Part shown: one piece after another, positions 1 through 14,167 of the stretch
Layout: each line of letters begins with the position of its first letter
Numbering within the stretch: the first letter of the stretch is position 1
Origin: Eledone cirrhosa
Lineage: Eukaryota
DNA: 64,000 bases
Reading direction: 5' to 3'
Assembly: GCA_964016885.1 (NCBI GenBank)
Contig: OZ024741.1
Span: forward strand, 170,748,001-170,812,000
Program-made: the position numbers and the translations under genes
Notes under the pieces: model-generated
The model's database searches: none
Told to the model about the DNA's origin: nothing
Seen by the model: only the letters and a program-made list of their open reading frames with translations

Positions 1-317
1 TTATATGTATGTACATATATATATATATGTGTGTGTATATTCATATATACATATATACATATATATCTGTTTGTGTGTGTGTATAGACACATATGTGTGC
101 GTGTGTATGTATATAATTGTATGCTGTAATATCAATGTAATATCAATAACTGAAGATGAGTGTGAGAATCCAATGCAATGTCGAATGATCTATATGGTTT
201 ATATAGTAATCTCATTACTTAGAGTTACACTATATGATTAAGTAATACTGTTGTTAAATACATCACTAATGATGATCAGTTTGCCACATTATATGTACTG
301 AGCACTTTCTTGTCTAT

Positions 318-435
<118 letters not shown>

Positions 436-909
436 CTCAGTATCGGAATATTGGAGATATGAAAATCTCTGATCAACTGATATTACAAGAGACTTTCAAG
501 GGAGAATCTCCCTCTAAGCATTTCAGTTAATAAAGGAAGAGAGGTATTATAGTGCTGTTAACAAATCCAATACTTTTTTTAACAACTTAAGAAAATGTGG
601 TCGGAGTAGATTTTTTTCTATAAGCTAGCAACTTGGTTTTGTTAAATTCCATCTTGTTAAATTTTGTCAATGAAGCATATTCTATCTGCAGTTTGGTGGG
701 ATTAAGTATGGTCAGATAAACGTAGAAAAAGGAAATAAATAATATGCTAATTATATGTCAAAATAGATAAGGTGAGAAGACCTGAGTTGGGAATTTTAAA
801 TTCATATCTGTACACGAAAACTATAAATTTTAACTGAAGCTGCGAAACACTATATATATATATCTTAAATGTCTTACATATTTGTTCTTAGATTGAAGAT
901 GATTAACAG

Positions 910-2260
910 TAGGGTGTTCCATTTTGGAAACTATTCACCAATAATTTCATGTCGATGCCAATTTCATGCCATTCTTGTACTTGATGAAATAACAAAATAT
1001 GCCGAATTATAGGTTAATTGAATAATATTCAGGGGTTCCATGCTTTCAAATTTTTTAAGTGACGAATTTTTTCCTGCCTTAAGGTATATTATCCTTTTTG
1101 TTCACTTTACAGAATTCAATGAGGAAACCACATGACAGAACGAAATGAAAATATGCAGGAGGAATATGTTCTAAATACACGTAATATTGAAGTTACATAG
1201 AGAAACACTTTTTATCGATGAAATTTATTACCAGAAATAGCCCTCGTTGTCCTCTGGGGGACATGTTGAAATGATAAGTGGAAAAATGAAATGAAAATAA
1301 GCAGAAAGAAAATGTTTTATATACACAATAATTTTGGGGTTAAAAATAGAAACACATTTTATGAATTGAATTTATAACCGGAATTGAATTGGTCTAGATC
1401 TCTCGAATCACGTGGTAAACTTAATTTTGTGTCGTTGAATTTCCTTCAAAATAACTTCAACAATTTGTTATCCGATTCAATCTCTTGAATCGGAATACCA
1501 AAGAAATCCTCCTTTCCTTTTCCTATAACTAAAACTACAATCCAATCTTCGAGTGTGCTGAATTAGGAAGCCTATGGTATTAATCCTCCATCCCAGAGGA
1601 AGAGTAGCCGGGATCTGTCTTCAGGTGGGAAAAGGGATAACTAAATTTCCCGAGCCATCTTCTCACAATGACTGGTTCTTACACGATAAACAGTTGAGGA
1701 GGGGGGGGGTCGAGAGTTTAGACACACCATAACTAAGACCATTTCAGTTGCAACGTAAGAAGTACTTCCTTATCATACCGATAGTTCGTCCCGTTCCCAT
1801 GTGGTAACAAGAGTGGCGTCGAGAGACGGCTTTATTCGTGGTGACGTTCAAGGTGGTGCTGACTTGAAGATTTCATCATCATCATCATTAATAGCTGATC
1901 TGGATGCCGAGCTATCAAGATCTATTTTCTCGCACATCTTGACTTCTTCATCCTTCTTTCTCTTTCTTAATTTCATATTATGAATCTTCTTTGTCTTCTT
2001 CTGAATGGCTCTCACATGTTTTGAATCAACACCAGCCAGGAATGAAGTCGACCGATCTTCCCGCTGAGTCTCAAGGAAAGCTCTGTCTTCAGAGGGGACA
2101 TCCTTTTGTTTGAGAACGTCCTGGCTTGCGATGTCAAACATTTCTTCGAGATCACCTTTCCAAATATCACGCTTTGCAATTGCTTTTTTCCCGTCCTTGA
2201 TACTCATTATGACATTTTTCAATTGAAGATGTTGTTTTTTCTGTATAGGTAGGGTTATTT
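910..2260 (-). mobile_element. Degenerate DNA transposon remnant, possibly hAT (hATm-like)
   Basis: Minus ORF 1848-2222 has DLEEMFDIA..EDRAFLETQR..R..GVD, which I recall from invertebrate hATm-like transposase N-termini. TAGGGTG at 910 resembles an hATm TIR start; no partner TIR found. Confidence 0.4.
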
Positions 2261-2749
2261 CTTTTTTCTCGGACTTCCTGGATCTTCTGGCTAGTGTTTT
2301 ACGTCAACTAAAATTGTCTCCCCGAGTTCGACGTGATAGTAGCGAAAACAAAAAAGCACTGATCTCCATTTTATTATTCTTAAAGATAAAAACAAAACCA
2401 ATCAATCATTTATACTTCAACACGCCTTTAAGATCTGGAACCGATTCAGGCTATGAAAAACAAAAGTAAAGAAAATTATTTTGTAACTTCATAACAACGG
2501 ATGGAATTTGACACCAACCGGCGTAGTTGCCATTCTCTATCAACACCAGCACTGAACCAACAATGCAATGACACTTGCGTTAGAAGCTTACGAAACAGAT
2601 ATCAAAACAGATATCGAAAACATAACATCAGCAGCGTCATGTCAAATGCTTCTTTGTACAAACAATGAAAGCACATAAATGATATAGATAAGTATTCCTA
2701 CATAGATGGTTTAAGTTTATGGTTCATTTATTTTTCATTTAGGATCCTA

Positions 2750-3230
2750 TAAAGAGTATAAATATCTCCCGCATGTACACAGTCGAAAACATGGCTACAA
2801 TTAGCAAATGTTGAGGTATATCTTTTGCATATTTTGGGCATAGCATTGAAAAAGTGCCAAACTGGGCAACGCTTAGGTATATTCCCATCTCCACGTATTT
2901 CAGCGTGTGTAGCCTTTATGTGAAATGAATTCAGGGCTCAATTAACATGAGGTGTTACCAACAAATATAATTTCCCTTTAATTATGAGACACCTCGATGA
3001 ACAGCTTGCCTCTAGTTTCGATCAATGCTGACATTATCATCAGCATATTTCAGCATCTTTCTAAGTCACCTAAAGAATGTCTTACAAAAGGCATTATACA
3101 GAAAACAAATGTATCAGAAACGGGGTAGTAGACCTGGTTATTTCCATGTTAAAAGAGTTGTTACGTGATAGTAATTATATATCAAATTGTGCCTAATGTA
3201 GATTAAGCAATCAAAGCATACCACGAGTAT
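2750..3230 (-). pseudogene. Highly degraded LINE RT relic
   Basis: Minus strand reads MLKYADDNV (YADD at 3036-3047); flanks are full of stops. Confidence 0.3.
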
Positions 3231-3361
3231 ATATAATTATATATATATATATATGTATATATATACACTGTATATATTATATATAACTTATATATAACTA
3301 TATATATATGTGTGTGTGTGTGTGTATATATATAAATATTATATAAATATATGTATATATA

Positions 3362-3394
<33 letters not shown>

Positions 3395-3403
<9 letters not shown>

Positions 3404-4661
3404 AAAATGACAGAAGGCTGGACTTGTGTAAATACTTGACCGCCTTTAAATTGGAGACCTAATCATAACTATTAGATGTATCACACCTCCCTCTACTTAA
3501 ACAAATCCCCCTCCTGGGTAAATTAATAGTACTCCTTTGGTACAAGGATGGCCTAATGATGAGGGCTGACTTCCCACTGGCGCACCTGAAGCCTGTTATA
3601 CATTCCTAGAGTGCCTGGAAAAATTGAATTCCATATCTTTCGCTAGGCGATCTCACTCGGAAGGGCTGACACGCGGTAAAGTTGGGCCGACGGAGCCTGC
3701 AGTCGCCGCATGCTATTTGACTGCTAAACAAAGACATAATCTTTACTCTATAATACAATTTAAGTTTCTTCATAAAAGACTCTTTCTTTACTTAAACCTT
3801 GCAACCAAAACCTTAACAATTTTAAACTGTTTAATTTTAAATTTTCTAATTTCTTTAATTTTATAATGTTAATATTAAATATTAAATTTTTGTAGCTTCA
3901 TCCTATAAATCTAAACAAAAATTTAACGTTCCAATCTTCTGCTCACACATTATAACATGCAGACCCCCCACTATATTTACCTCTGTTATAATATATACCT
4001 CTGTTAAGATACGGGGCTTTAAGAATACATTTTTTTCGCGCCATTCCTGGCCTGACTAGCTTGACATTAGTACGGACTTTTCTTCCTCTTTCTTTCTGTC
4101 TTTCTTATTGTAGCTCGACATTAACGCTGACTTTTCTTCTTCTTCCTTTTCTTCCACCTTCTTTCTGTCTTCTTTCGTGTAGCCTGATATTAACGCCGAC
4201 TTATCTTCCTCTCCCTTTCTATTTGACCGGGAGGGTAGTAGCACACTATAAGCTTTACCCCCTTCACCAGATGGCCTCAAATAGACCAAATAGCCAACAC
4301 TTGAGGGCGACCAGCTAAAGTGGAAGATGCTAGATGGTCGGTCGTCCTCCGGTCTTTGATTTTCAGCCCCATGGATTTTATCTATTACATTCATTTATTG
4401 TGTTTCGAATACCTGATGATATCACCGGATTCATACGGAACCCGGTCATTGAAATGGTCATAGTATAATAAACCTTTCAAGGATTTTCACAAGTCCAGCC
4501 TCCTGTCATTTCATTATAATATTTAACTCCGTACTAGCACCACCAACTACAAAAACGAAGACGGTTGAACTGCTTTATGTTGAGTACTGTTCATATTATT
4601 ACATTAAGATTGACCGTACGGAATTGACCAGCTCTATCCAGTGGTGAACCTTCAAACCTGA
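3395..4661 (+). mobile_element. Non-autonomous Penelope-like element with ~45-bp inverted ends, HHR and right-hand tail
   Basis: 3395-3439 is an imperfect reverse complement of 4477-4522; HHR at 4409-4466; ~140-bp tail; (TA)n on both sides. Confidence 0.65.
4409..4466 (+). ncRNA. Type I hammerhead ribozyme motif
   Basis: atac-CTGATGA-stem II (accgg..ccggt)-GAAA-tggtca-TA-gtat; stem I atac/gtat. Confidence 0.7.
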
Positions 4662-4914
4662 ATATATATATATATATAACTTATGTTTCGGCAAGTATTG
4701 GCCCAGCCCATATTAAAGTGTATGCGTACCTGAGTCTATATGCGTATGTGTGTGTATGTTTGAGTGTATGTATATATACGGCAGGTTTCTTTATAATTTA
4801 GATCTTCCAAACTTTATTCAAAAGTAGAATATTGCTATAATACAAGACTCAGTGAACCTAGACCCAAAACATCCGGATTGTAAAGCTAGTTCCGAATTTA
4901 TATATCTATGTCTG

Positions 4915-5580
4915 CAAAGGAGTACACGTGGACCAACATTTTAAGCAGCTTGACATTTTCATCATGGGGCGCTACTTCAATAACCCAATACACTAGTGCC
5001 CTGGATTTGGTCTAAATTACTGCAGAGTAAGCCAGACATATAAATGGTGCAGGAGCTCCCACACTAAGAATGTAGATACAGCCAGGAACGATACCTTGAA
5101 ACTTATCAACGGATGTATCTGCCTTACGCCAATTGAGTATCTAGCTGTGCTTTCAACCGTTGGTTATACACCCCTTCGTAGAAAGCATCACACACATAGA
5201 TTAATAATCAAGACCTCCATAGACCCAAGTCAATCGCCCCACGACTTGGCAGAGTATTCTTCATTATTTGGCCAATCAAGTTTGATGTCACGTCACCCTT
5301 TTTCTTGTCACCCTAATCGCAAGATGCTTCAGACGTGGAAAACTAGCTGGCAACAGACATCTCAATCCAACTGACAACCAACCACATTGCGGCCCTCAAA
5401 TCAGGCGCTAACCTCCCGCAGAGTGGGTGTCCCTATATCGGCTACGCATAGATGTTAGTCAATTCAATGCTGTCATGCATCGCTGAGGGTTGCTTCCATC
5501 GGCAGCTTATCACGCACCCTAATCCAATCATTGTGAGCTAATTATGACACCCAAAGACCATCACATAATTGCAGCAGTCT
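4915..5580 (+). mobile_element. Vingi/Ingi-like LINE 3' fragment, degenerate
   Basis: Reads SSWGATS..TSALDLV..TAE..WCRSSHTK, then INGCICLTPIEYLAVLS..PLRR and SRHPF, the post-RT region typical of Ingi/Vingi; stops and frameshifts present. Confidence 0.6.
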
Positions 5581-5702
5581 CATGCGTAAGAAGAAAGAAT
5601 TTCTGTGCCTATATATATATATATATATGTGTGTGTGTGCGTGTGTGCGTGAGTGTGTGTATGTGTGTGTGCATGTGTGTGTGTATGTGTGTGAGCGTGT
5701 GT

Positions 5703-6015
5703 GTGTATACTATGCTATGTCGGAGCGAAAACTTTAATTCTACTTTCAAGCTCGACAACTCCATATACAAATGAAGGTAATCAGCCCATCTACATCGGCG
5801 ACAAGAACTATATATTTTCGTCTGTTTCAAATTCCACCAGAGATCAGGAGAAGAATCAGAGAGGAATCAGAAATGTTTGGTGTTGACCCCTAATACTTCT
5901 GATAGAATCCGCTAAAAGGCACTAGCGTCAGGTTTTCAATTTTCGTAGCCAGGATGCTTTCCGAATGTTTATTCGTAACCATACCGCTTATAATTATATA
6001 GACGAAATTCACATA
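5703..6015 (+). repeat. Diverged copy of the ~330-nt retrozyme-like repeat
   Basis: Colinear similarity to 50030-50074 + 50581-50860 (catatacaaatga, ttcaaattccaccag, aatgtttatt..cataccg, acgaaattc); HHR core decayed. Confidence 0.55.
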
Positions 6016-6087
6016 CACACACATATATATATATATATATATATCCACACTCTACACCCAGTCCATCCCTACAACCCCCCCCCCCCC

Positions 6088-6127
<40 letters not shown>

Positions 6128-6129
<2 letters not shown>

Positions 6130-7168
6130 ATTAGAATACTGGAGCGTGTTGGAGTTAAACACCCTCTTCGTATTATAGAAATGACAGTAAAAGGTATAGC
6201 TCAATGCAGTTAAACAGAGCAAAAAAATTAAGAGAGTAAAACAAAGAATCCTTTAATACATCAAAAGTTTTTATTAGCCGACAATGTTTCGTCCTATTAA
6301 GGACTCATCAGGGCAATCAAAACAACAAGAAGTAATATCGGCAAATACAAGCCGGAAGCTCCGAAGAATATGGAGTGTACATACACTAAAGTCTCGCAAA
6401 AATATATGATAATAAAAATAAAAATAAAAATAATAAAAATATATAATAAGAATAACTAAGGATGTATATAACATTAAGAACCATATTACAAATATAGTCC
6501 AAAGCAACTAACCTAAATCTAAACAAATTTGGTTATATAGAGCGGGAATTATATATAACACAATGTAATATAACATAATACATTATAATAATATACCTTT
6601 ACCAACATTAAAATTACAATTAAAAATCAAAAGGTACAATATATACATGTATATATGTGCGCACACACACACACACACACATATATAACAATACGCACAT
6701 CTATGTTCAACTACACAAATTAAGCCTTATTAGAAGTTTGAATATAAAAATAAGCATGATAAGAGTGAAAATAATACCAATACATCTACCCAATATACAT
6801 GAGGCAATAATATGATATAATTACAAGAGACACATATAATAAATAATAAACAATAACATTATATAATGTAATATAATATAATAGATAATCCCCGGTTAAT
6901 TTACAGAAACAATATAGATGTCACAATTATTGTGACATCTATATTGTTTCTGTAAATTAACCGGGGATTATCTATTATATTATATTGAATTATATAATTT
7001 TATTGTTTATTATTTATTATATGTGTCTCTTGTAATTATATCATATTATTGCCTCATGTATATTGGGTAGATGTATTGGTATTATTTTCACTCTTATCAT
7101 GCTTATTTTTATATTCAAACTTCTAATAAGGCTTAATTTGTGTAGTTGAACATAGATGTGCGTATTGT

Positions 7169-7201
<33 letters not shown>

Positions 7202-7624
7202 GCACATATATACATGTATATATTGTACCTTTTGATTTTTAATTGTAATTTTAATGTTGGTAAAGGTATATTATTATAATGTATTATGTTATATTACATT
7301 GTGTTATATATAATTCCCGCTCTATATAACCAAATTTGTTTAGATTTAGGTTAGTTGCTTTGGACTATATTTGTAATATGGTTCTTAATGTTATATACAA
7401 CCTTAGTTATTCTTTTTATATATTTTTATTATTTTTATTTTTATTATCATATATTTTTGCAAGACTTTAGTATATGTACATTCCATATTCTTCGGAGCTT
7501 CCGGCTTGTATCTGCCGATATTACTTCTTGTTGTTTTGATTGTCCCGATGAGTCCTTAATAGGACGAAACATTGTCAGCTAATAAAAACTTTTGATGTAT
7601 TAAAGGATTCTTTGTTTTACTCTC

Positions 7625-7629
<5 letters not shown>
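6128..7629. mobile_element. 1.4-kb fold-back non-coding PLE-type insertion with HHR in each arm
   Basis: 6227-6927 is the reverse complement of 6929-7629 (1-nt loop at 6928); ~100-bp left tail; (TA)n flanks. Confidence 0.85.
6277..6314 (-). ncRNA. Minimal type I hammerhead ribozyme
   Basis: gcc-CTGATGA-gtcct-taat-aggac-GAAAC-att-GTC-ggc. Mirror copy 7542-7579 has CCGATGA (mutated core). Confidence 0.85.
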
Positions 7630-7681
<52 letters not shown>

Positions 7682-7714
7682 TTATATATATATATATTTA
7701 TATATATATATATT

Positions 7715-7775
<61 letters not shown>

Positions 7776-7788
7776 TTATATATATATA

Positions 7789-7829
<41 letters not shown>

Positions 7830-7861
7830 TATATATATATATATATAGATATAGATATATA

Positions 7862-8188
<327 letters not shown>

Positions 8189-8355
8189 ATATATTTATAG
8201 AGAGAGATTTTGAGTATATGTTGGTTGTATACCAACACCATCAGTATGCAGGATGGAGCACTCGACGAAGTGCGCAGGTTGGTTTGGTTACTCCGGAGTA
8301 ATGTAAAATAAAGTTAAATAAAAAGTCAAATGTTTAAAATTTAGCTTCGTTTATT

Positions 8356-8410
8356 ACTGCTATATATATTTCAGTGACAGCCATCTTTGGCTGTGACCTC
8401 TTCAGACAGT
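8356..8410 (-). ncRNA. Type I hammerhead ribozyme (PLE pLTR)
   Basis: actgt-CTGAAGA-stem II acagcc/ggctgt-GAAA-tatata-TA-gcagt. Confidence 0.75.
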
Positions 8411-9623
8411 CCGAATTAGTGTGGTATAGACAAGTACATATGTTGTTGTGGTGTATAATATTGTCAATACTCTGATATGCCCAGTTCCTGGTTGGGTTGT
8501 TATTTCACTGAGGAACTGGAATCATATGAATTCAAACAAACAAATTTCAGTGTCAAAAGACCTCTTCTCCTCTCATTGGTCAGTTATTAGAACATTCCTC
8601 ATTCTAAGTGTTGTTATTGTTGGAGTTAGCTTAACAAATTAATAAAGTGGTAGAAGGGACAAGGTGTTAAAGGAACAAAATAACAAAAAAAGTGTCAAAC
8701 TTCCTATTGGTCAGTTCTGAGAGCATTCCTCAGTCAGAAGTGTATAGAATTCTTTCTGGGGCGAGGCTCCCTGTAGTGTTTGTGTTTGCTATTGTTAAGT
8801 ACATTTGACCTCTACCATTATTTTGGTAGTGTTGTTGGTTTTGTGGTCAGCTTATGTCTTGCTTCCATTGACAATTTAGAAGTATCTGTGTGTGTTTTTT
8901 CTTCATCCCTCCTGCCACCATCTTTATAGTGGTGGTGGTGGGGGTGGGGTGGTGGGGGAGTTCTTCCATGTATATGAAGAAATATAAGGCAATATATGAA
9001 GAAAACAGAAAATAAATAATATAATTTGTATAATTTGAAAATAAATAATAAATAGAGAATAAAGAATAGAGAATAAATTAAAAATTGGTGAAAAAGTAAT
9101 GAAAATGAATATGGAGAAGTGAAAAATGAAATGAAGATTCAAATAAAGTAGGATAAAGTGTGTGTGTGCTATAACCAATCTCAAGGTCAGAAATATGTTG
9201 GATAGATTGGTATGAGCTACAAGATGTTAAAATAAGATAATCAAACAAAATGTGTTTGTGTAATAATCAATCTCAACTTAAAAATAAATATATGGTGATA
9301 CAGTGAAGAGGGCAGAAAACAAATAACAAATTAATAAAGAGAAATCAAGATTTAAAATTGGGACTAGAAAGTCAGAAATAAAGTAAATTAAAATGTGTTT
9401 GTGTTATATAGATGTTGGCCAAATTATAATGGCTGTGTCCGATTCAATCTCTAGGCTATCATGGTGTCTGCTCAGCCTTGGTTGTTCCCTATGGCTTGAG
9501 GGGAGTTCACAACCTAGGGTGTTGTTACTGCCCATATAGCTTGAGGGAGGTCTGGCTGAGAGGTGTTTACATGTTCTGTAGAAGTCCCTATAGCTTGAGG
9601 GGAGTTCACATCTTCTTGTGTTG

Positions 9624-12249
9624 CTACTGTCCATATATCTTGAGCAAGGTCCCGGCTCTAAGGTGTCTGCATGTCCCGAAGAAGTCGGTTCTGAGGTTTA
9701 TCAGGCCGCTTCCACCTCTTAGTATCTCGAGGGTCTCGTTCAGGCATAGTTTGCATATGCAACACCCCTTTTATCAGGTGGTACTTTCCTGATTTATGCA
9801 CAAGGCCAGAGAGTACGGGGTCCTGTCCAGCTTAAGCATCCAGATCAGGTCGGAGAGAGCCGTGCTTTTCCTTTTGGCCTCCTTATTGAATGAATGACGA
9901 TGGTTGTACCAGCGGTCTTTAAAGCTCGTTGATGTGGCTCCTATGTAGAGGTGTTCGGAGTTGGGGGTTTTAACCCTACAACCGTATACTAGGTTCTTCT
10001 TGAGGCATTCATTACCAAGGGGGCATAATTCGGGGTTTCTGCAGTTGCATAGGGTGGTCGACGTCTGCATGCCTAGATTAGGGTTCCCGTTATGTGTTAC
10101 ATGTTGGTCTTCCCCCAGGCACGGTGGGGGACCCCCGGTCTGTTTGGGTTTCTTGGGTTGGCTCTGGGTCGCCCCTTCCCTCCTTTCACATAGTTCTGCT
10201 GAGTGCTTGTATTGCCATCTTCTGGTTGTGTGTGGTTTTTAAGCCTACTCCTGTTGATGCTAGCTATGTGTTGGGCCAGATTTCTCGTGGTGGAATACGA
10301 GAGCATTTATCAAGTGGTCCAAAGAATGATCGGGCCAAACTGTTCTTTAGGGCCACTGAGTAGGGTGGGTTGTACCACGTGATTTTTCAGTGTCTCCTCC
10401 TATATGTGTGGGTCGGGGGCGTCGTGATTTGTTGGAGACTTGTTGGGTTGCTAGTGGTTTCCGCACTGTTGCTTCCCCTTTGGGTGCTATGCTTTTTATC
10501 TTCATGGCCGGAATCTGTGGGGTGGTCGTTGCCCGCGCTGGGAGATCTATCGTGGGGTGGTCCCCCGTTTCCCACCCTCCTACGTGTCCTGCGGTTGTGT
10601 TCGTCGGTCCTGGGGTGGTTAGCGTTACCTCTGAGACTGTTACTCATATTGTGTTTCGTCTCGTGGTTAAGCGTACTAGTCACCACCGCCCGTGTGGTGG
10701 TGTCGGGCACATGGTGCCTATTTGTTTCTGCTCTGCCTGTATTGTTAGGGTTCGCCCTCCACCCCCGGGCAACGTGGGTGTGGGTGTCTGTTGGGCTATC
10801 CTCATCCCGGCGTTTCGGACTATATGTTATATTTTGGCCATGTGCCGCCTTCTTTAGAGCTGCGTTGTAATATTCCGCGTGGTTATTGAATATTTCCTTA
10901 CTTGCGGACAGGCTGGAGATCCTGTCCGAGACACTCTTCACAACTGCCTTGGTTATGGATCTAGGGTTGTTTGATTTGGCGTTAACATATACGAGTTTCT
11001 CGTTGGGCTTGTGGTAGGGGTAGTATTGTTCGGTTTTCAGGTTTAGGGTGGCGTCTAGGAAGTTAACTACCTTCCTATTTGGTTCTATTTCTATACTGAG
11101 CCCCTGGTTCTTAAAGAAATGGCGAATACATCTCCTCATTCCCTCCAACATATTGGTGCTGTGGTCATATACTGTGATTAGAACATCGTCACGGTATAAT
11201 CCGCCGCCCAGGCAGGGGATTTCATCTTTTATCTGCTTCAGCAGGTAGAGCCCAACCAGGTTCGTGACCTGTGCTGAGTCGCTGGAGCCCATCGTGATGT
11301 CAAAGTTATTTGGCCAATCACTCCTGGTCCAAAGGTCTCCATCAAAACGGATTAAGGTCTTTCTTGCGGCGTGGATGATGCTCACCTCCTCTCAGGTTAG
11401 GTCCGTATTGGACATCGCTAAAAATAGGGCCTTATTAAGTACTATGGGTAAGATTGAGGTAGTAGTAGCTTGCGATGTCCAGTTGTGTAAAGCTGGTCCT
11501 ACTTTTCTCATGCAGTATTTTAAACCATTCTATTACTTCTCCCGTGCATGACCATTGCTGTAATTTAGTTTTCTTCCGAAGCTTGGGCAAAATCCTATCC
11601 AGTATTATTTTACTGACGATCCCTAGATCAGATCTGGAGGCGTCTATTAGTCTGACAGGGAGGTCGGACTCAAAATTTGACTTGTGATCTTTAAAAGTAA
11701 TCCGCGGCTCCCTGGGTTGGTATGGGGCCGTCCTGTCCTCTATGCCGATTCTAGATATAATCCTGTAAGCTGTGGCATGATCTCATCCAGGGTAAATCCA
11801 GGTGTTTTTTGTAGCACTTCCTCAGTTCCCCGAGGATTAGCTTATTGTACAGTTCCGTGTTCATGTTGTAGAGGTTGTTTGTTTTGTCAGCATGGACAAG
11901 TATTCCAGTTGTCTCTTTAAGTGCTGTAATCCGGTTTCTCAGCTGTCTGAGGTACTCCTGACTTCTGGTTGGGTTTCCGGAGAATATGAGGTTGGATATG
12001 ATGTTAATCATCTCGTTTTCAAACTTCTCCATTAGTCTGTTGTGGGGGGGGGGGATTCCACCTTGATCGAAAAAGGTACTCCATGTTTTGTGTGTTGGTA
12101 ATTTTCTGCGTTCCTCTTTCGAAGTGGAACGCCTTCCATCTCATCCTACGGACGAGGGAGTCCGTACTATTAATGATATCACTGGTGTATTCTCGTTTGT
12201 CAGGTAGGGGGATGTCCTTCAGTGACGCTCAGGTTGCAAGTTTATCCAT
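9624..12249 (-). pseudogene. PLE RT + C-terminal GIY-YIG polyprotein, disrupted
   Basis: SLKDIPLP..RRMRWKAF N-terminus; ADKTNNLY; FDITMGSSDSAQV; GLYRDD catalytic motif; ITWYNPPYS; CNC..CPL..C, VY..YIGATSTSFKDRW..H; stops and frameshifts. Confidence 0.9.
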
Positions 12250-14112
12250 AGTGACTTAAGTCCGCTACTGTTTGAAGCGCTCAACCCGTGTGGGAGCTAG
12301 ATAGATTTTGAGTATATGTTGGTTGTATACCAACACCTCAGTATGCAGGCTGGAGCACTCAACGAAGTGCGCAGGTTGGTTTGGCTACTCCGGAGTAATG
12401 TAAAATAAAGTTATGTAACACATAACGGGAACCCTAATCTAGGCACGCAGAAGACGACCACCCTCTGCAACTGCAGAGACCCCGAATCATGCCCCCTTGG
12501 TAATGAATACCTCAAGAAGAACCTAGTATACGGTTGTAGGGTTAAAACCCCCAACTCCGAACACCTCTACATAGGAGCCACATCAACGAGCTTTAAAGAC
12601 CGCTGGTACAACCATCGTCATTCATTCAATAAGGAGGCCAAAAGGAAAAGCACGGCTCTCTCCGACCTGATCTGGATGCTTAAGATGGACAGGACCCCGT
12701 ACTCTCTGGCCTTGTGCATAAATCAGGAAAGTACCACCTGATAAAAGGGGTGTTGCATATGCAAACTATGCCTGAACGAGACCCTCGAGATACTAAGAGG
12801 TGGAAGCGGCCTGATAAACCTCAGAACCGACTTCTTCGGGACATGCAGACACCTTAGAGCCGGGACCTTTCTCAATATATATGGACAGTAGCAACACAAG
12901 AAGATGTGAACTCCCCTCAAGCTATAGGGACTTCTACAGAACATGTAAACACCTCTCAGCTAGACCTCCCTCAAGCTATATGGGCAGTAACAACACCCTA
13001 GGTTGTGAACTCCCCTCAAGCCATAGGGAACAACCAAGGCTGAGCAGACACAATGATAGCCTAGAGATTGAATCGGACACAGCCATTATAATTTGGCCAA
13101 CATCTATATAACACAAACACATTTTAATTTACTTTATTTCTGACTTTCTAGTCCCAATTTTAAATCTTGATTTCTCTTTATTAATTTGTTATTTGTTTTC
13201 TGCCCTCTTCACTGTATCACCATATATTTATTTTTAAGTTGAGATTGATTATTACACAAACACATTTTGTTTGATTATCTTATTTTAACATCTTGTAGCT
13301 CATACCAATCTATCCAACATATTTCTGACCTTGAGATTGGTTATAGCACACACACACTTTATCCTACTTTATTTGAATCTTCATTTCATTTTTCACTTCT
13401 CCATATTCATTTTCATTACTTTTTCACCAATTTTTAATTTATTCTCTATTCTTTATTCTCTATTTATTATTTATTTTCAAATTATACAAATTATATTATT
13501 TATTTTCTGTTTTCTTCATATATTGCCTTATATTTCTTCATATACATGGAAGAACCCCCCCCACCACCACCACCACCAACACGACCACCACCACTATGGG
13601 AGATGGTGGCAGGAGGGATGAAGAAAAAACACACACAGATACTTCTAAATTGTCAACAGAAGCAATACATAAGCTGACCACAACACCAACAACACTATCA
13701 AAATAATTGTAGAGGTCAAATGTACTTAACAATAGCAAACACAAACACTACAGGGAGCCTCACCACAGAAAGAATTCTATAGACTTCTGACTGAGGAATG
13801 CTCTCAGAACTGACCAATGGGAAGTTTGACACTTTTTTTGTTATTTTGTTTCTTTAACACCTTGTCCCTTAACCCCTTTATTAATTTGTTAAGCTAACTC
13901 CAACAATAACAACACTTAGAATGAGGAATGTTCTAATAGCTGACCAATGAGAGGAGAAGAGGTCTTTTGACACTGAAATTTGTTTGTTTGAATTCATATG
14001 ATTCTAGTTCCTCAGTGAAATAACAACCCAACCAGGAACTGGGCATATCAGAGTATTGACAATATTATACACCTCAACAACATATGTACTTGTCTATACC
14101 ACACTAATTCAA

Positions 14113-14167
14113 ACTGCCTGAAGAGGTCACAGCCAAAGATGGCTGTCACTGAAATATATATAGCAGT
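14113..14167 (+). ncRNA. Type I hammerhead ribozyme (inverted copy)
   Basis: actgc-CTGAAGA-ggtcacagccaaagatggctgtcact-GAAA-tatata-TA-gcagt; perfect 5-bp stem I and palindromic loop III. Confidence 0.8.

Noticed and set aside
145-200. CTGAAGA..GAAT motif here and CTGAAGT..GAAT near 20873 as hammerheads
   Set aside because: Core incomplete and no convincing stems I and II.
6227-7629. All palindromes being assembly or read fold-back artefacts
   Set aside because: Most arm pairs have diverged and share a consistent tail/HHR geometry; only the perfect ones (28942, 61890) still need read-level checks.
9771-9776. In-frame TGA in the PLE GIY-YIG domain as possible selenocysteine (known in some Naiad PLEs)
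   Set aside because: TGA is directly followed by TAA, is not at a Cys position, and the ORF has other lesions.
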